A stretch of DNA of 64,000 bases from Longimicrobiales bacterium (GCA_965116905.1 OZ220732.1:2208001-2272000); one strand, 5' to 3'; positions 27,093 to 37,910 are shown, numbered from the stretch's first letter. Made by a program: numbers and translations. Notes: generated from the sequence alone by a model not told the origin.

Positions 27093-29729
27093 ATGGCGCC
27101 GAAAAAGCCTGGGAGTACAAGCCTGCGGGTGGCGGGATGGATGGTCGTCGGACTGGCGGTCCTCTCATGCTCTACGCTCCCTTCCACTTCGGTGACCGGG
27201 GAAGGCGAATCGGCGGCTGACGCGGCCCTTCGGATGGCCCAGACCCACCAGACACGCACCCCGCCCCTGGCCACCGGCACCGAAGCACAGGCCATGGTCA
27301 ACGAGTACTGTGTGCGTTGCCACAACGATGTCCGCCGCACGGCATCGCTGGAGCTGGACCGGTACAATGCCGCGACCCCGGCGGCCCACCCGCAGATCTG
27401 GGAGAAGGTGGCCGGCAAGCTGCGTGCGGGAGCCATGCCGCCGGGCGGTGTGCGACGGCCTGACCGACAGACCTACGACGCGGTGGCGGGTTGGCTCGAG
27501 TCCGAACTGGACGCTGCCTGGGCGGAGCGTCCGAACGTAGGTCGCATCAACGCGGTGCACCGCCTGAACCGGACCGAATACAACAACGCCGTGAACGACC
27601 TGCTGGGACTGGATGTCGATGTCATTGACGCCCTGCCCGGCGACGAGACCATGGGGGGCGGGTTCGACAATGTGGCGGACGCGCTCAGCATCTCGCCGCT
27701 GCACATGGAGCGGTACCTGTCCGTGGCCCGCACGGTCACCCGATTGGCGGTGGGGCTACCGCCGGCGGGAGCGGGCTCTTCGCGGTACGCCGCAGACGAC
27801 GCCAAGCGCCAGAACGTGAGGATGAGCGACGATCTGCCGCTCGGGTCCCGTGGTGGCATGGCGATCCGCCACACGTTCCCGGTGGACGGCGAGTACCGGA
27901 TCCGGGTCCGTCTTCAAAAGAACTACGCGGGGTACGCCCGGGGGCTGGCGTGGAGGCAGGAACTCGAGATCCGCATCGATGGAGCCCTGGCGGCCACGCT
28001 TGGGTTCGGTGGCGAGGGGCTCCAGCATCGGCCCGTGGCCAACAGCTATGCCGGGGCGGGTGGCGGCCCGGGCTGGCCCGGGTCTCCCGAATGGGAGGAC
28101 TACGCGAAGTTCGGCGCCGAGGCTTCTCTTGCAGCCACGATTCGTGTCGAAGCGGGAAGCCGCATCGTCGGCCTGTCGTACGCCAGGGATCTGGGCTACG
28201 GAGAGGAGTACCTTCTTCCGCAGGTTCCGGTCCAGACACGCGGCCAGATCGACTACTTCAACAACGAGCACTTCGGTTTGTCGGGCGTGCTGGGCGTGGA
28301 GATCGACGGACCCTTCGGCGAGACGGCCGTTGCCGACGCCACCCGCAGCCGGCAGGCGATCTTCAGCTGCGAGCCCTTGTCCACCCCGGCGGAGGAAGCC
28401 TGCGCCAGCGAAATCCTGACGGCGATGGCGCGGCGCGCCTACCGCCGGCCGGTGACCCGCGAGGACGAGGAGGTCCTCCTGCGTTTCTACCGCATGGGCA
28501 GGGACGAGGGCGGGAGCTTCGACCACGGCATCCAGCTGGGACTGGAGCGGATCTTCGTCGATCCGGACTTCCTGCTGCGCGTCTACCGCGAGCCGGAAGG
28601 GTTGCCCGAAGCCGCCGAAGGGCGCAGTCCCTATCCGCTGAGCGACCTGGAGCTGGCGTCCCGGCTTTCCTTCTTCCTGTGGAGCAGCATTCCGGACGAG
28701 GCGCTGCTCAGGGAGGCCGAGGCGGGCCGGCTCACCGATCCCGCGGTCCTGAGGGAGCAGAGCCGGCGAATGCTGGGCGACTCCCGGGCCCGCGAAACAC
28801 TCGTGGACGACTTCGCCAGCCAGTGGCTGAAGCTACGCGAGCTGGACGACCGGCTCCTGCAGGACGACATCTACCTGGAGTACAGCCACAACCTTCGCGA
28901 GGCCATGGAAGAGGAGACCCGGCTCTTCCTCGACTACAACATCCGCGAAGACAAGAGTGTGCTGGAGCTCCTGAATGCCGACTACACCTTCGTGAACGAG
29001 CGGCTGGCCGACCACTACAACCTTCCCCGGGTCGCCGGGAGCCACTTCCGGCGTGTTCAGCTTCCCGATCGGGAAAAGAGGGGCGGCCTTCTGGGCCACG
29101 CCAGCATCCTCACGGTCACGTCGTACCCCGAACGGACCACGCCGGTGCTGCGGGGGAAGTGGATACTGGAGAACATGCTGGGCCGTCACGTGCCTCCGCC
29201 CCCGCCCGGTCTCGACACGAGCCTGGAACCACCCGAAGACGACGGGAACGCGCGGCAGCCGACCATCCGGGAGCGGCTCGCCAGGCACCGCACGGACCCG
29301 AGCTGCGCCAGCTGTCATCGGACCATCGATCCCCTGGGCTTCGCGCTGGAGGCGTACGACGCCGCGGGCGGGCTACGCGTCATCGACGAACTCGGCAATC
29401 CGGTCGACGACACCGGTCTGTGGCCGGAAACGGAAGAGGAGATCCGGGGACTGGCGGGTCTCCGCGGTCTCCTGCTGGATAACCGGGAGCAGTTCGTCCG
29501 CACCGTGACGACGAAGCTCATGCAGTATGCGCTGGGGCGCGATGTGGAGTACCATGACCAGCCGACGATCCGCGGGATCATGCGCGACGCGGCGGCGGAG
29601 AACTACACCTGGTCGTCCATCATCCAGGGGATCGTGGAGAGTCCGCAGTTCCTGATGCGGATGAGCGCGCCCACCCCTTCGACGACCGGGCGGCCGGGAC
29701 CTTCGAACCGCGAATCCGGAGAGAGATGA
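27093..29729 (+). CDS. DUF1592-family di-heme cytochrome c protein (copy 3, divergent)
   Basis: YCVRCH and CASCH; RLNRTEY, LASRLSFFLWSSIPD, TTPVLRGKWI; start codon uncertain. Confidence 0.88.
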   Translation: MAPKKPGSTSLRVAGWMVVGLAVLSCSTLPSTSVTGEGESAADAALRMAQTHQTRTPPLATGTEAQAMVNEYCVRCHNDVRRTASLELDRYNAATPAAHPQIWEKVAGKLRAGAMPPGGVRRPDRQTYDAVAGWLESELDAAWAERPNVGRINAVHRLNRTEYNNAVNDLLGLDVDVIDALPGDETMGGGFDNVADALSISPLHMERYLSVARTVTRLAVGLPPAGAGSSRYAADDAKRQNVRMSDDLPLGSRGGMAIRHTFPVDGEYRIRVRLQKNYAGYARGLAWRQELEIRIDGALAATLGFGGEGLQHRPVANSYAGAGGGPGWPGSPEWEDYAKFGAEASLAATIRVEAGSRIVGLSYARDLGYGEEYLLPQVPVQTRGQIDYFNNEHFGLSGVLGVEIDGPFGETAVADATRSRQAIFSCEPLSTPAEEACASEILTAMARRAYRRPVTREDEEVLLRFYRMGRDEGGSFDHGIQLGLERIFVDPDFLLRVYREPEGLPEAAEGRSPYPLSDLELASRLSFFLWSSIPDEALLREAEAGRLTDPAVLREQSRRMLGDSRARETLVDDFASQWLKLRELDDRLLQDDIYLEYSHNLREAMEEETRLFLDYNIREDKSVLELLNADYTFVNERLADHYNLPRVAGSHFRRVQLPDREKRGGLLGHASILTVTSYPERTTPVLRGKWILENMLGRHVPPPPPGLDTSLEPPEDDGNARQPTIRERLARHRTDPSCASCHRTIDPLGFALEAYDAAGGLRVIDELGNPVDDTGLWPETEEEIRGLAGLRGLLLDNREQFVRTVTTKLMQYALGRDVEYHDQPTIRGIMRDAAAENYTWSSIIQGIVESPQFLMRMSAPTPSTTGRPGPSNRESGER

Positions 29730-29730
29730 A

Positions 29731-31089
29731 ATGGACCTGATCACCGGTAGGCACATCTCGCGGCGCACCGTCCTGCGCGGCGCCGGGGCGGCCTTGATGC
29801 TGCCCTTCCTGCAGGCGATGACGCCAGCTCGCCTGACGGCCGTCGGCGGCCCCCGTCGCAAGTCCCCGCACCGGTTCCTCGCCTACTACACGCCCAACGG
29901 GCAGTCCATGCCGTACTGGACTCCGACCGGCGAGGGCCGCGACTTCACGCTTTCCGAAATCCTGGGTCCGCTGGAGCCGTTCAGGAACCGGATCATCATC
30001 CCGACCGGCGTGAACGCGTCGTGGAACTTCAACCACGCCGGAGGTCCCACGAGCTTCCTGACGGGCATGGTGGGACGGTCGCTCGGGGATATCGACGCGG
30101 TCGACAACACCGACATCATCGCGGCGGAGTCGATCGACCAGATGCTCGCGCGCGAATGGGGCAGGGAGACGCAGCTGGGCTCGCTGGAGCTGTCGCTGGA
30201 CGGCCCGCCCAACGCCGGCACCTGTGCCATCCTGAACTGCGCGTACACGCACACCGTCTCCTGGCGGACCCCGACCCAGCCGCTCCCCATGGAGAACCAC
30301 CCGCGGACCGTGTTCGAGCGGCTCTTTGGCGATTCCGGCACCACCGACCGCGAGCCGCGGGAGCGGCGCCTGCACCAGCAGAAGAGCCTGCTGGACTCGG
30401 TCAACGACAAGCTGCGCACGCTCAGGCGCGAGCTGGGTCCCGAGGACCAGCGCAGCGTCGAGCAGTACACGGAAGCGGTGCGGGACGTGGAACGGCGGAT
30501 CGTGATTGCGGAGGAACAGCTGGACGTGGACCTGCCCAACATGGAGCAGCCGCAGGGCATCCCGGAGACGCTGGAGGATCACCTGGAGCTCCTGCTGGAC
30601 ATGCAGATCCTGGCCTACCAGGCCGACATCACCCGGGTGTCGACGATGATGATCGGGCGCGAGGTGAACGCGCGGCCGTATCCGCAGATCGGCGTGCCGG
30701 AGGCCTGGCATCCGCTGTCGCACCACGGCAACCGCCCCGACCTGGTCAAATACGTGTCGAAGATCAACCGGTACCACGTGGAACTCTTCACGCGTCACCT
30801 CACCAAACTGAGCCGCACGCCGGACGGGGACGGCTCGCTGCTCGACTCGATCACCGGACTGTACGGATCGGGGATCTCGAACAGCCAGCGTCACGCGGGG
30901 GACAACATCCCGCTGGTCGTGTTCGGCGGCGCCAACGGCAAGCTGAACGGCGGGCAGCACATCCGGTACGAGGGCGGGCCGACGCACGCCAACCTGCTGG
31001 CCACGCTGATGGACAAGATGGACATGCCGATGGACAAGGTCGGCGGCAGCACCGGGCGGCTTCCCATCGACACCCTCGGCGAGCTCTGA
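29731..31089 (+). CDS. DUF1552 domain protein (copy 3, divergent)
   Basis: SRRTVLRG..LPFLQAM; VSWRTPTQPLPME..PRTVFERLFG; HPLSHH. Confidence 0.88.
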   Translation: MDLITGRHISRRTVLRGAGAALMLPFLQAMTPARLTAVGGPRRKSPHRFLAYYTPNGQSMPYWTPTGEGRDFTLSEILGPLEPFRNRIIIPTGVNASWNFNHAGGPTSFLTGMVGRSLGDIDAVDNTDIIAAESIDQMLAREWGRETQLGSLELSLDGPPNAGTCAILNCAYTHTVSWRTPTQPLPMENHPRTVFERLFGDSGTTDREPRERRLHQQKSLLDSVNDKLRTLRRELGPEDQRSVEQYTEAVRDVERRIVIAEEQLDVDLPNMEQPQGIPETLEDHLELLLDMQILAYQADITRVSTMMIGREVNARPYPQIGVPEAWHPLSHHGNRPDLVKYVSKINRYHVELFTRHLTKLSRTPDGDGSLLDSITGLYGSGISNSQRHAGDNIPLVVFGGANGKLNGGQHIRYEGGPTHANLLATLMDKMDMPMDKVGGSTGRLPIDTLGEL

Positions 31090-31114
31090 GCCCGCGCGAG
31101 GCTGTGGCTGACCG

Positions 31115-31372
31115 ATGCCGATCTTCGAGTATCGATGCCGGGACTGCGGTGAAGAGTTCGAGTGTCTGGTCCTGCGCTCGTCCGGCCCGCCCCGATGCCC
31201 CGCCTGCCATGGCCAGGACCTGGAGAAGCTGATTTCCCTGCACACCGTCAGCTCCGAGCATTCCAGGAAGCGCGCGCGGCAGAGTGCCCGGGCGCACGCC
31301 AGCGGGATCCGGCGTGAGAAGCGGCACGAGGATCACAAGGTGTTGCACGACCACCTCGCGGACGACCACTGA
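31115..31372 (+). CDS. FmdB-family zinc-ribbon protein
   Basis: MPIFEYRCRDCG..FE..CPACH; His-rich tail. Confidence 0.85.
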   Translation: MPIFEYRCRDCGEEFECLVLRSSGPPRCPACHGQDLEKLISLHTVSSEHSRKRARQSARAHASGIRREKRHEDHKVLHDHLADDH

Positions 31373-32325
31373 TGAGGCAAGCGTCGGTCTGGATGGCGGC
31401 GGGAGGTCTGGTGGTCGCGGGTGCCCCGGCCTGTCAGCCGGACGCGGACGGGGATCGTGCGGCCACGCCGGACGTGAGCTACGAGCTGGTGGAGGGCTGG
31501 GGCGGCACCGCCGAAGACGTGGGGACCGTGACGGCGGTGGACGTCGACGACGACGGCAACGTCTACGCCTTCCGCCGGGACGCCAACGATGTGTTGAAGC
31601 TCGACGCCGACGGGAACCTGCTGGAGGAGTGGGATCAGGACTTCGCCCAGTGGGCGCACGGCATCCGCGTCGGGCCCGATGGAGCGATCTGGACCGTCGA
31701 CGGACAGGGGCACCAGGTCAGAAAATGGAGCCACGACGGCCGGGAACTCCTCATGACCCTGGGCGAATACGGGGTGGCTGGCGAGACGCCGGACCTCTTC
31801 AATCGTCCCACGGACATCGCCTTCGGCCCCGATGGGGAGCTGTTCATCTCCGACGGCTACGGGAACAACCGCGTGGCGAAGTACGACCGCGACGGGAAGT
31901 TCGTGACGGCGTGGGGTGAACCCGGGACCGGGCCGGGGCAGTTCGACCTTCCTCACACGATCGTGGTCGACGCGCGGAACCGCGTGCTCGTGGGCGACCG
32001 CGAGAACGCCCGCATCCAGATCTTCGACATGGATGGCAACCTGCTCGAGGTGTGGGACCACCTGGGCTCGCCGTACGGCCTCGCGATCGACGACAACGAC
32101 CGGCTCCACGTGGCCGACCTCGTGAACGCCAGGATCTGGATCGCCCGGGCGAGCGACGGCGAACTCCTGAAGACGATCGAGGATACCAAGGCCATTCACT
32201 GGGTCGCTGTGGACGGACAGGGGAACGTGTACGCCGCGACCCCCGCGGCTTCCGGCAGCCAGTTCTGGGATGACGCTTCCGAAGTCTGGTATCTGCGGAA
32301 ATACCGCAAGGTCGGGGACCCGTGA
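31372..32325 (+). CDS. NHL-repeat lipoprotein (peptidyl-alpha-hydroxyglycine amidating lyase-like)
   Basis: AHGIRV, FNRPTDIAF, ISDGYGNNRV, GQFDLPH, DRENARIQIF. Confidence 0.85.
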   Translation: MRQASVWMAAGGLVVAGAPACQPDADGDRAATPDVSYELVEGWGGTAEDVGTVTAVDVDDDGNVYAFRRDANDVLKLDADGNLLEEWDQDFAQWAHGIRVGPDGAIWTVDGQGHQVRKWSHDGRELLMTLGEYGVAGETPDLFNRPTDIAFGPDGELFISDGYGNNRVAKYDRDGKFVTAWGEPGTGPGQFDLPHTIVVDARNRVLVGDRENARIQIFDMDGNLLEVWDHLGSPYGLAIDDNDRLHVADLVNARIWIARASDGELLKTIEDTKAIHWVAVDGQGNVYAATPAASGSQFWDDASEVWYLRKYRKVGDP

Positions 32326-32990
32326 TCCGGCCGGTCGTCAGTGTGGTCGTGGTGTCCGGGGCCGTCGCCGGCGCGGGGCTGCTGGCCGCTGCGGCGGCGC
32401 AGGCACAGGAGGGCGCTCACGCCCACATTCTGCAGGTGGTCAATCCCGAGGCGGCGTCGGTGGCCGAGCTGGGGTTTCTGCGACAGGCCATGGGCGAGGC
32501 GGGCACGGCGGCCGAGTACGCATCGTTTGCGGCGGGGGGACAGCAGCGCCCCGGTGACCTGGAGGCCATGAAGACGCATGCCGGCAACGTCCTGCACGCT
32601 CTGGATCCCACACGGATGGAAGGCGGCCCGGGCCTCGGCTTCGGCCTCCTCGTAGCATCCCGGCAGACCGTCGCGCACGTCCGCATGGCCGCTGGCGCTC
32701 CCGACGCGTCGAATAACGTGCGCACACACGCGAGACACGTGGTAAGCTGTGTGCGGAACACTCTTGCGCGCGCGGACAGGATGCTGGAGATCACCGAGCG
32801 CATCCTGGCGACCGAGTCGGCGGAAGAGGCGGACCAGCTGTCCGATGAACTCAACACCCTGGCCTTCCAGCTCCGGAACGGTGTGGATGCGGATGGAGAC
32901 GGGCGTATCACCTGGCAGGAGGGAGAGGGCGGTCTGTACTTGGCCCAGGAACACCTGCGACTCCTGTTGAAGGGAGAGGGGATCGGATGA
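32322..32990 (+). CDS. Secreted hypothetical helical protein
   Basis: Signal peptide; operonic overlaps on both sides; DADGDGRI EF-hand-like loop. Confidence 0.65.
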   Translation: MIRPVVSVVVVSGAVAGAGLLAAAAAQAQEGAHAHILQVVNPEAASVAELGFLRQAMGEAGTAAEYASFAAGGQQRPGDLEAMKTHAGNVLHALDPTRMEGGPGLGFGLLVASRQTVAHVRMAAGAPDASNNVRTHARHVVSCVRNTLARADRMLEITERILATESAEEADQLSDELNTLAFQLRNGVDADGDGRITWQEGEGGLYLAQEHLRLLLKGEGIG

Positions 32991-34489
32991 CGCTGCCCCT
33001 GGCTCTTGCGCTGGCTCTCTCGGCGGCGGGCGATCCCCCGCTGGTGGAGGCTGCGAGGAACGGTGACGAGGCGGCGCTCCGCACGCTGGTGGAACAGGGC
33101 GCGGACGTGAACGCCACGAGCGGGGACGGCTCGACGGCGCTGCTGTGGGCGAGCCACCGGGATCTGCCGGAAAGCGTGGCGCTGCTGATCGGTGCCGGGG
33201 CCGATGTGGACCGGGCCAATGACTTGGGCGCAACACCGCTGTGGGCGGCGGGCGAGAACGGCAGCGCGGCGGTGACGGAGCTGTTGCTCGACGCGGGCGC
33301 GGACCCGAATCTTGCGCTGCGCCACGGCGAGACCCCACTCATGGCCGCCGCCCGGGCGGGCAGCGCGCGCGTCGCCGAGTTGCTCCTGGAACACGGAGCG
33401 GATCCGAACGCCATAGGTCCGCGCAGCCAGACCGCGCTGATGTGGGCGGTGCTGAACCGGGCGCCGGACGTGGTGAAGGCCCTGCTGGACCGTGGGGCGG
33501 ATGTGCACGCCCGGACGGTCGTGACCGTCGAGTTGAAGGCGCACGAGCCCCACACGCACATCCAGAACCAGGGGTGGTTCGAGCACGGTGGCCACACTGC
33601 CCTGCTATTTGCGGCGCGGGTCGGGGATGTGGCGTCAGCCAGGCACCTCGTGGCCGCCGGCGCCGACGTGGACGACACATCGGGCTTCGGCGTCAGCGCT
33701 CTGGCCATGGCGGCCTACTCCAACTTCCGGATGCTCGTGGCCGAGCCGGCCTTCTCGTCGGGCGGTCCCTACACGATGGGCGGCCGCGAGGGCTTCCGTC
33801 CCGGTCGGTTCGGGGAGCTCGTCGAGTTTCTGCTGGAGGCCGGCGCCGACCCCAACGGCGGATCCGACACGTTCACGGCGCTGCACGCCGCCATCCTGCG
33901 CCATGACCAGCGCTCGGTGGACCTGTTGCTGGAGCACGGAGCCGACGTCACGCTGCCGCTTGCCACCTTCACGCCCCACCAGCGGGGATCCAACCAGGCG
34001 TTCTATTTCCACAATGGCTGGATCGGCGCCCGGCCGGTTTGGCTCGCCGCCCGTTTCGGGACCGCTGGCATCCTCCGGAACCTTCTGGAGCACGGCGCCG
34101 ACCCGCGCGTCGTGCACCGCAGCGAGTATTTCGCCGGTAGCGACGGCGCCCTGACCTCGGGGATTTTTGCGGCCCGGCAGCTGGAAGTCACCACCACCCT
34201 CATGGCGGCGCTCGGCATGAGCAGCGCCGGCAGGCCCTGGGTCTACGAGCGCGTCTGCACGGCGGAACACGAGCAGGCGACGCTGGACAAGGTGCGGCTC
34301 CTTGTGGACACGGACGTGGATTTCGCCATGACGACCGCCGAAGGCCTCACGGCTCTCGACCAGGCAAGGGCACTGAGGTACGAGTCGGTCGTCGAGGTTC
34401 TCGTCGCGGCGGGGGTGCCCGGAGGGATGGGCTCAGATGAGACCGAGTACGACTTTCTGAACCGTAGGACGCGGGGAGGCTGCGGGTAG
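32987..34489 (+). CDS. Secreted ankyrin-repeat protein
   Basis: Signal peptide; repeated GADVN..G.TAL/TPL motifs. Confidence 0.88.
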   Translation: MTLPLALALALSAAGDPPLVEAARNGDEAALRTLVEQGADVNATSGDGSTALLWASHRDLPESVALLIGAGADVDRANDLGATPLWAAGENGSAAVTELLLDAGADPNLALRHGETPLMAAARAGSARVAELLLEHGADPNAIGPRSQTALMWAVLNRAPDVVKALLDRGADVHARTVVTVELKAHEPHTHIQNQGWFEHGGHTALLFAARVGDVASARHLVAAGADVDDTSGFGVSALAMAAYSNFRMLVAEPAFSSGGPYTMGGREGFRPGRFGELVEFLLEAGADPNGGSDTFTALHAAILRHDQRSVDLLLEHGADVTLPLATFTPHQRGSNQAFYFHNGWIGARPVWLAARFGTAGILRNLLEHGADPRVVHRSEYFAGSDGALTSGIFAARQLEVTTTLMAALGMSSAGRPWVYERVCTAEHEQATLDKVRLLVDTDVDFAMTTAEGLTALDQARALRYESVVEVLVAAGVPGGMGSDETEYDFLNRRTRGGCG

Positions 34490-34569
34490 GGGACCTCTCG
34501 ACGGGAGAGGAACATGAAGCGTTTGGCCGAGCGGATCATGGAGTAAGCGGAACGACGGGCCTTGTTTGG

Positions 34570-34588
34570 GTTATCAGTATGTGATAAC
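34570..34588. promoter_or_regulatory. Palindrome GTTATCA-N5-TGATAAC, probable autoregulatory operator of the downstream HTH protein
   Basis: Perfect 7-bp inverted repeat ~30 bp upstream of the start. Confidence 0.55.
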
Positions 34589-34616
34589 ATGTGCGATGAC
34601 GATGCCCGACCGTTCC

Positions 34617-35009
34617 ATGAAGACACTGAGGATCGGCATCGCCGGGTACGACCAGATGAAGGCTCGTACCATGGCCATCGCCCGTGGCGAGCACACGCCC
34701 GCGAAGGGTGAGCCAAAGGTCTGGTTCACCTCGATCGAGAGCTTCGCGAGGCTGCTGTCCGAGCACAACAGGCACCTTCTGGAACTGATTGCCCGTGAGC
34801 GGCCTCGATCGCTCACGGAACTCGCCGCACTGGCCGGGCGCAGCAAGTCCAACCTCTCGCGGACTCTGAAGACGATGTCGCGGTACGGACTTGTGGAATT
34901 GCAGCCGGGCGTCCGTGGCAGACTGGTGCCGCGGGTGCCCTACGACCAGATCAGGCTCGATGTCACGTTGACGGGGACGAAGAGCGCGTCGGTCGGTGTC
35001 AGCCCGTGA
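34617..35009 (+). CDS. Winged-HTH transcriptional regulator / putative antitoxin
   Basis: MKTLRIGIA..VWFTSIESFARLLS..PRSLTELAALAGRSKSNLSRTLKTM; alternative starts at 34596/34602. Confidence 0.75.
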   Translation: MKTLRIGIAGYDQMKARTMAIARGEHTPAKGEPKVWFTSIESFARLLSEHNRHLLELIARERPRSLTELAALAGRSKSNLSRTLKTMSRYGLVELQPGVRGRLVPRVPYDQIRLDVTLTGTKSASVGVSP

Positions 35010-35080
35010 AGCTGGGTGCACTGCCGACGGAACTTGCTCGGTACGGCCTCCAGAACCGCCCGCCCCTCAGTGCCCCCCCG

Positions 35081-36808
35081 TCAGTGCCCCGCGGCCATGC
35101 CGTCCATCCGCGGCTCCGAGGCGGCGGCCCAGCCCCGCTCCAGCCGCATGATCGCCTGCCCGCCGCCGAAGAACACGCCGGTGGGATCGGCCAACACATG
35201 CCCCATCGCCTCCAGCTGCTTCCGCACCTCCGGCGGCACGACGGGCTCGATCGCCACGCGATTCCCGGACAGGTGGTTGAAGCGCGCCGCATCGAGGGCC
35301 TGCTGCAGGTCCATGCCGAAGTCCACGAGGTTGATCAGCACCTGGACGTGCCCCTGGGGCTGCATCGCGCCCCCCATCACCCCGTAGCTCAGCCAAGGCT
35401 CCTCCCGGCCATCGTCCGCAGTCTTCGTGACGAAGGCCGGGATGATCGTGTGGAACGGCCGCCGCCCCGGCGCCACCGCGTTTGCCCGGTCGGGATCGAG
35501 CGAGAACCCGACGCCGCGGTTCTGAAGGGCAAACCCGGTCCCCGGCACCACCACGCCCGACCCGAACGCGCTCGCGATGCTGTTGATGAACGACACCATG
35601 TTGCCGTGACGGTCCGCGACGGTGAAGTACGTGGTCTCGCTCGCGGTGATCGCCGTGCCCGGATCGGCGCGCTCGATCGCGCGCTCAGGGTCGAGCAGCG
35701 CGCGCCGCGCATCGATGAACTCGTCGCTCAGCAGATCGTCCGGCGTAACCCTCATGTTGCCGGGGTCGCCGACGAAGTGCCCCAGATCGGCGTACGCGAG
35801 CTTCTTGGCCTCGATGAGGTGGTGCAGGTACGCCGTCGAGTTGTGTCCCATGGCCTTCAGATCGAACGGCTCCAGGAGTCTTAGGATTTCAAGAGCGGCG
35901 ATTCCCTGGCCGTTGGGTGGCAGTTCATGGAGGCGGTAGCCCCGATACGGGACGGAGATAGGTTCCACCCAGTCCGCACTGTGTGACCGCAGGTCGTCCA
36001 TGGTGAGGAATCCGCCCAGCTCGGCGGCGCGCTGGACGATTGCTTCGCCCAACTCGCCGCGATAGAGCACGTCCGGCCCCTTCTCCGCAATCAGGCGCAG
36101 CGTGCGCGCAAAGTCGGGGTTGCCGAACCACTCGCCGGGGCGCGGAGCGCGCTCGCCGTCGACGAGGAACGTGTTGCGCGCGCCCTCATCGCGGCGGAGC
36201 ATCTCCTCTGCCCCCTCCCAGAAGTCGACGATCACCGGACTCGCGGGGAATCCGTGTTCCGCCATTTCAATCGCGGGCTGGAGCGCCTTGGCGAGGGAGA
36301 TGGTGCCGTAGCTGTCGAGCAGCGTCTGCCACCCCGCGAGGGCGCCGGGCACGGTGATCGTCTCGGCGCCGGAGCGCGGCATCTGCTCGTGACCGCGGGC
36401 GACCAGTGTCTCGCGCGTCATGAGCGTCCCGGCGCGACCGCTCGCGTTGAGCCCCACCATCCGCTGCTCGTCAGCCAGCCAGACGATCGCGAACATGTCC
36501 CCGCCGATGCCCGTCATCATCGGTTCGACCACGTTCAGCATGGCCGCGGTGGTCACGGCCGCGTCGATCGCGTTCCCCCCGCTCTGCAGCACGGCCAATC
36601 CGGCGCCCGTGGCAAGGGGCTGGCTGCTGGCGACCACGCCGTTCGGCGCGTAGACGGTCGAGCGGCCGGCCATCGTGCCGGACCGGTCCTGCTGGGCGTG
36701 AGCGGAGTGGCCCGGGTTGATCGCCAGGCCGACGGCGACGAACGCGGGGAACATGCGCGTGCACGGGGCGGGGAGCATGCTCGGCGAGGTGGCGGGCAGG
36801 ATGCGCAT
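35081..36808 (-). CDS. ggt: Gamma-glutamyltransferase
   Basis: GGNAIDAAV, GIGGDMF, ELPPNGQG, nucleophile ETTYFTVAD, RPFHTIIP, GVMGGAMQPQGH. Confidence 0.93.
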   Translation of the reverse strand: MRILPATSPSMLPAPCTRMFPAFVAVGLAINPGHSAHAQQDRSGTMAGRSTVYAPNGVVASSQPLATGAGLAVLQSGGNAIDAAVTTAAMLNVVEPMMTGIGGDMFAIVWLADEQRMVGLNASGRAGTLMTRETLVARGHEQMPRSGAETITVPGALAGWQTLLDSYGTISLAKALQPAIEMAEHGFPASPVIVDFWEGAEEMLRRDEGARNTFLVDGERAPRPGEWFGNPDFARTLRLIAEKGPDVLYRGELGEAIVQRAAELGGFLTMDDLRSHSADWVEPISVPYRGYRLHELPPNGQGIAALEILRLLEPFDLKAMGHNSTAYLHHLIEAKKLAYADLGHFVGDPGNMRVTPDDLLSDEFIDARRALLDPERAIERADPGTAITASETTYFTVADRHGNMVSFINSIASAFGSGVVVPGTGFALQNRGVGFSLDPDRANAVAPGRRPFHTIIPAFVTKTADDGREEPWLSYGVMGGAMQPQGHVQVLINLVDFGMDLQQALDAARFNHLSGNRVAIEPVVPPEVRKQLEAMGHVLADPTGVFFGGGQAIMRLERGWAAASEPRMDGMAAGH

Positions 36809-36951
36809 GGGGTGCACTCCTTGCGGGACCATGTGGCGGCTGGCGAGGCTGATCGTCAGGCGAGAATCGACCTCCTCTCCAACACTAGGTCGGCGGACAG
36901 CGCGTTGGAAAGGCAGCAACCACGGGTCCTACCGTCCGGCAGAGGCACCCA

Positions 36952-37767
36952 ATGACGCTTCATGAACTCCTGGACCTCCACTACGGCGCCGATGGCGACG
37001 CAGTGCTTCGTCGCATGCTTGACGACGGTGCCGACCCGAACCTGCGTGCCGAGCCGCACGGCGAGACCCCGATTCACACGGCCACGCGCCGCCGCCGAGC
37101 CTCGGCTGTCGACATTCTGCTTGCTCACGGCGCCGACATCGACGCAAGGACGACCGGCGGCAAGACCGCATACGCGCACGCCGTACGCCGCGGGTTCGAC
37201 GATGTCGCCGCCGTGCTCGCAGAGCGTGGAGCCGACACCGAGCTGAACGAGGCCGACCGATTTGCGGTCGCGATTGTCAACGGACGTCTCGATGAAGCGC
37301 GGGCGATCCTGGCGGCCCACCCCGGCGTAGCCCGCACCGGCAACCCCGAGGAAGACCGGCTCCTTGCGGATGTCGCCGGCCGCAACGACACAGAGCCCGT
37401 GACGTTCCTGATCGAGGCCGGCGCCGACCTCACGGCAAGGGGTCTCGACTCAGGCACGCCGCTGCACCAGGCGGCCTGGTTCGGCCAGCCCGCCAACGCC
37501 CGCCTGCTGATTGAGGCCGGCGCGCCGCTGGACGTCTTCGAGGATGTCCACCACTCCTCGCCCCTGCACTGGGCCGTCCACGGCTCCCGGTTTTCCGGTG
37601 GAGCCGACGAACGACAGGACGCATACGTGGAACTGGTCGAGATGCTGCTCGCCGCCGGGTCCAGCCTGCACTATCCGGCCGATCCGGACGGCGACGCGTA
37701 CCGGGAACGACTCCTGGCCGATGCGACCCCGCGGGTCCTGGAGGTGCTGCGGAGGATCATGGCCTGA
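36952..37767 (+). CDS. Cytoplasmic ankyrin-repeat protein
   Basis: GETPIH, GKTAY, GTPLHQAA, SPLHWA repeats. Confidence 0.85.
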   Translation: MTLHELLDLHYGADGDAVLRRMLDDGADPNLRAEPHGETPIHTATRRRRASAVDILLAHGADIDARTTGGKTAYAHAVRRGFDDVAAVLAERGADTELNEADRFAVAIVNGRLDEARAILAAHPGVARTGNPEEDRLLADVAGRNDTEPVTFLIEAGADLTARGLDSGTPLHQAAWFGQPANARLLIEAGAPLDVFEDVHHSSPLHWAVHGSRFSGGADERQDAYVELVEMLLAAGSSLHYPADPDGDAYRERLLADATPRVLEVLRRIMA

Positions 37768-37910
37768 GCCGCACGGGGCGGGAGCTCCGTACGAGGCGGG
37801 AGATCCGCGCGGGCCCGGGAGCGGCGCGGGTCCGGGAAGCGGCGCGGGTGTCATCGGCGGGCTGCCATGCATATCATCTCCGAATCGGCCACTCATTCCC
37901 GGAAGTGATC

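Noticed and set aside
34513..34545. Tiny ORF MKRLAERIME* with an RBS-like GAGAGGA
   Set aside because: Too short to support; may be a gene remnant but cannot be identified.
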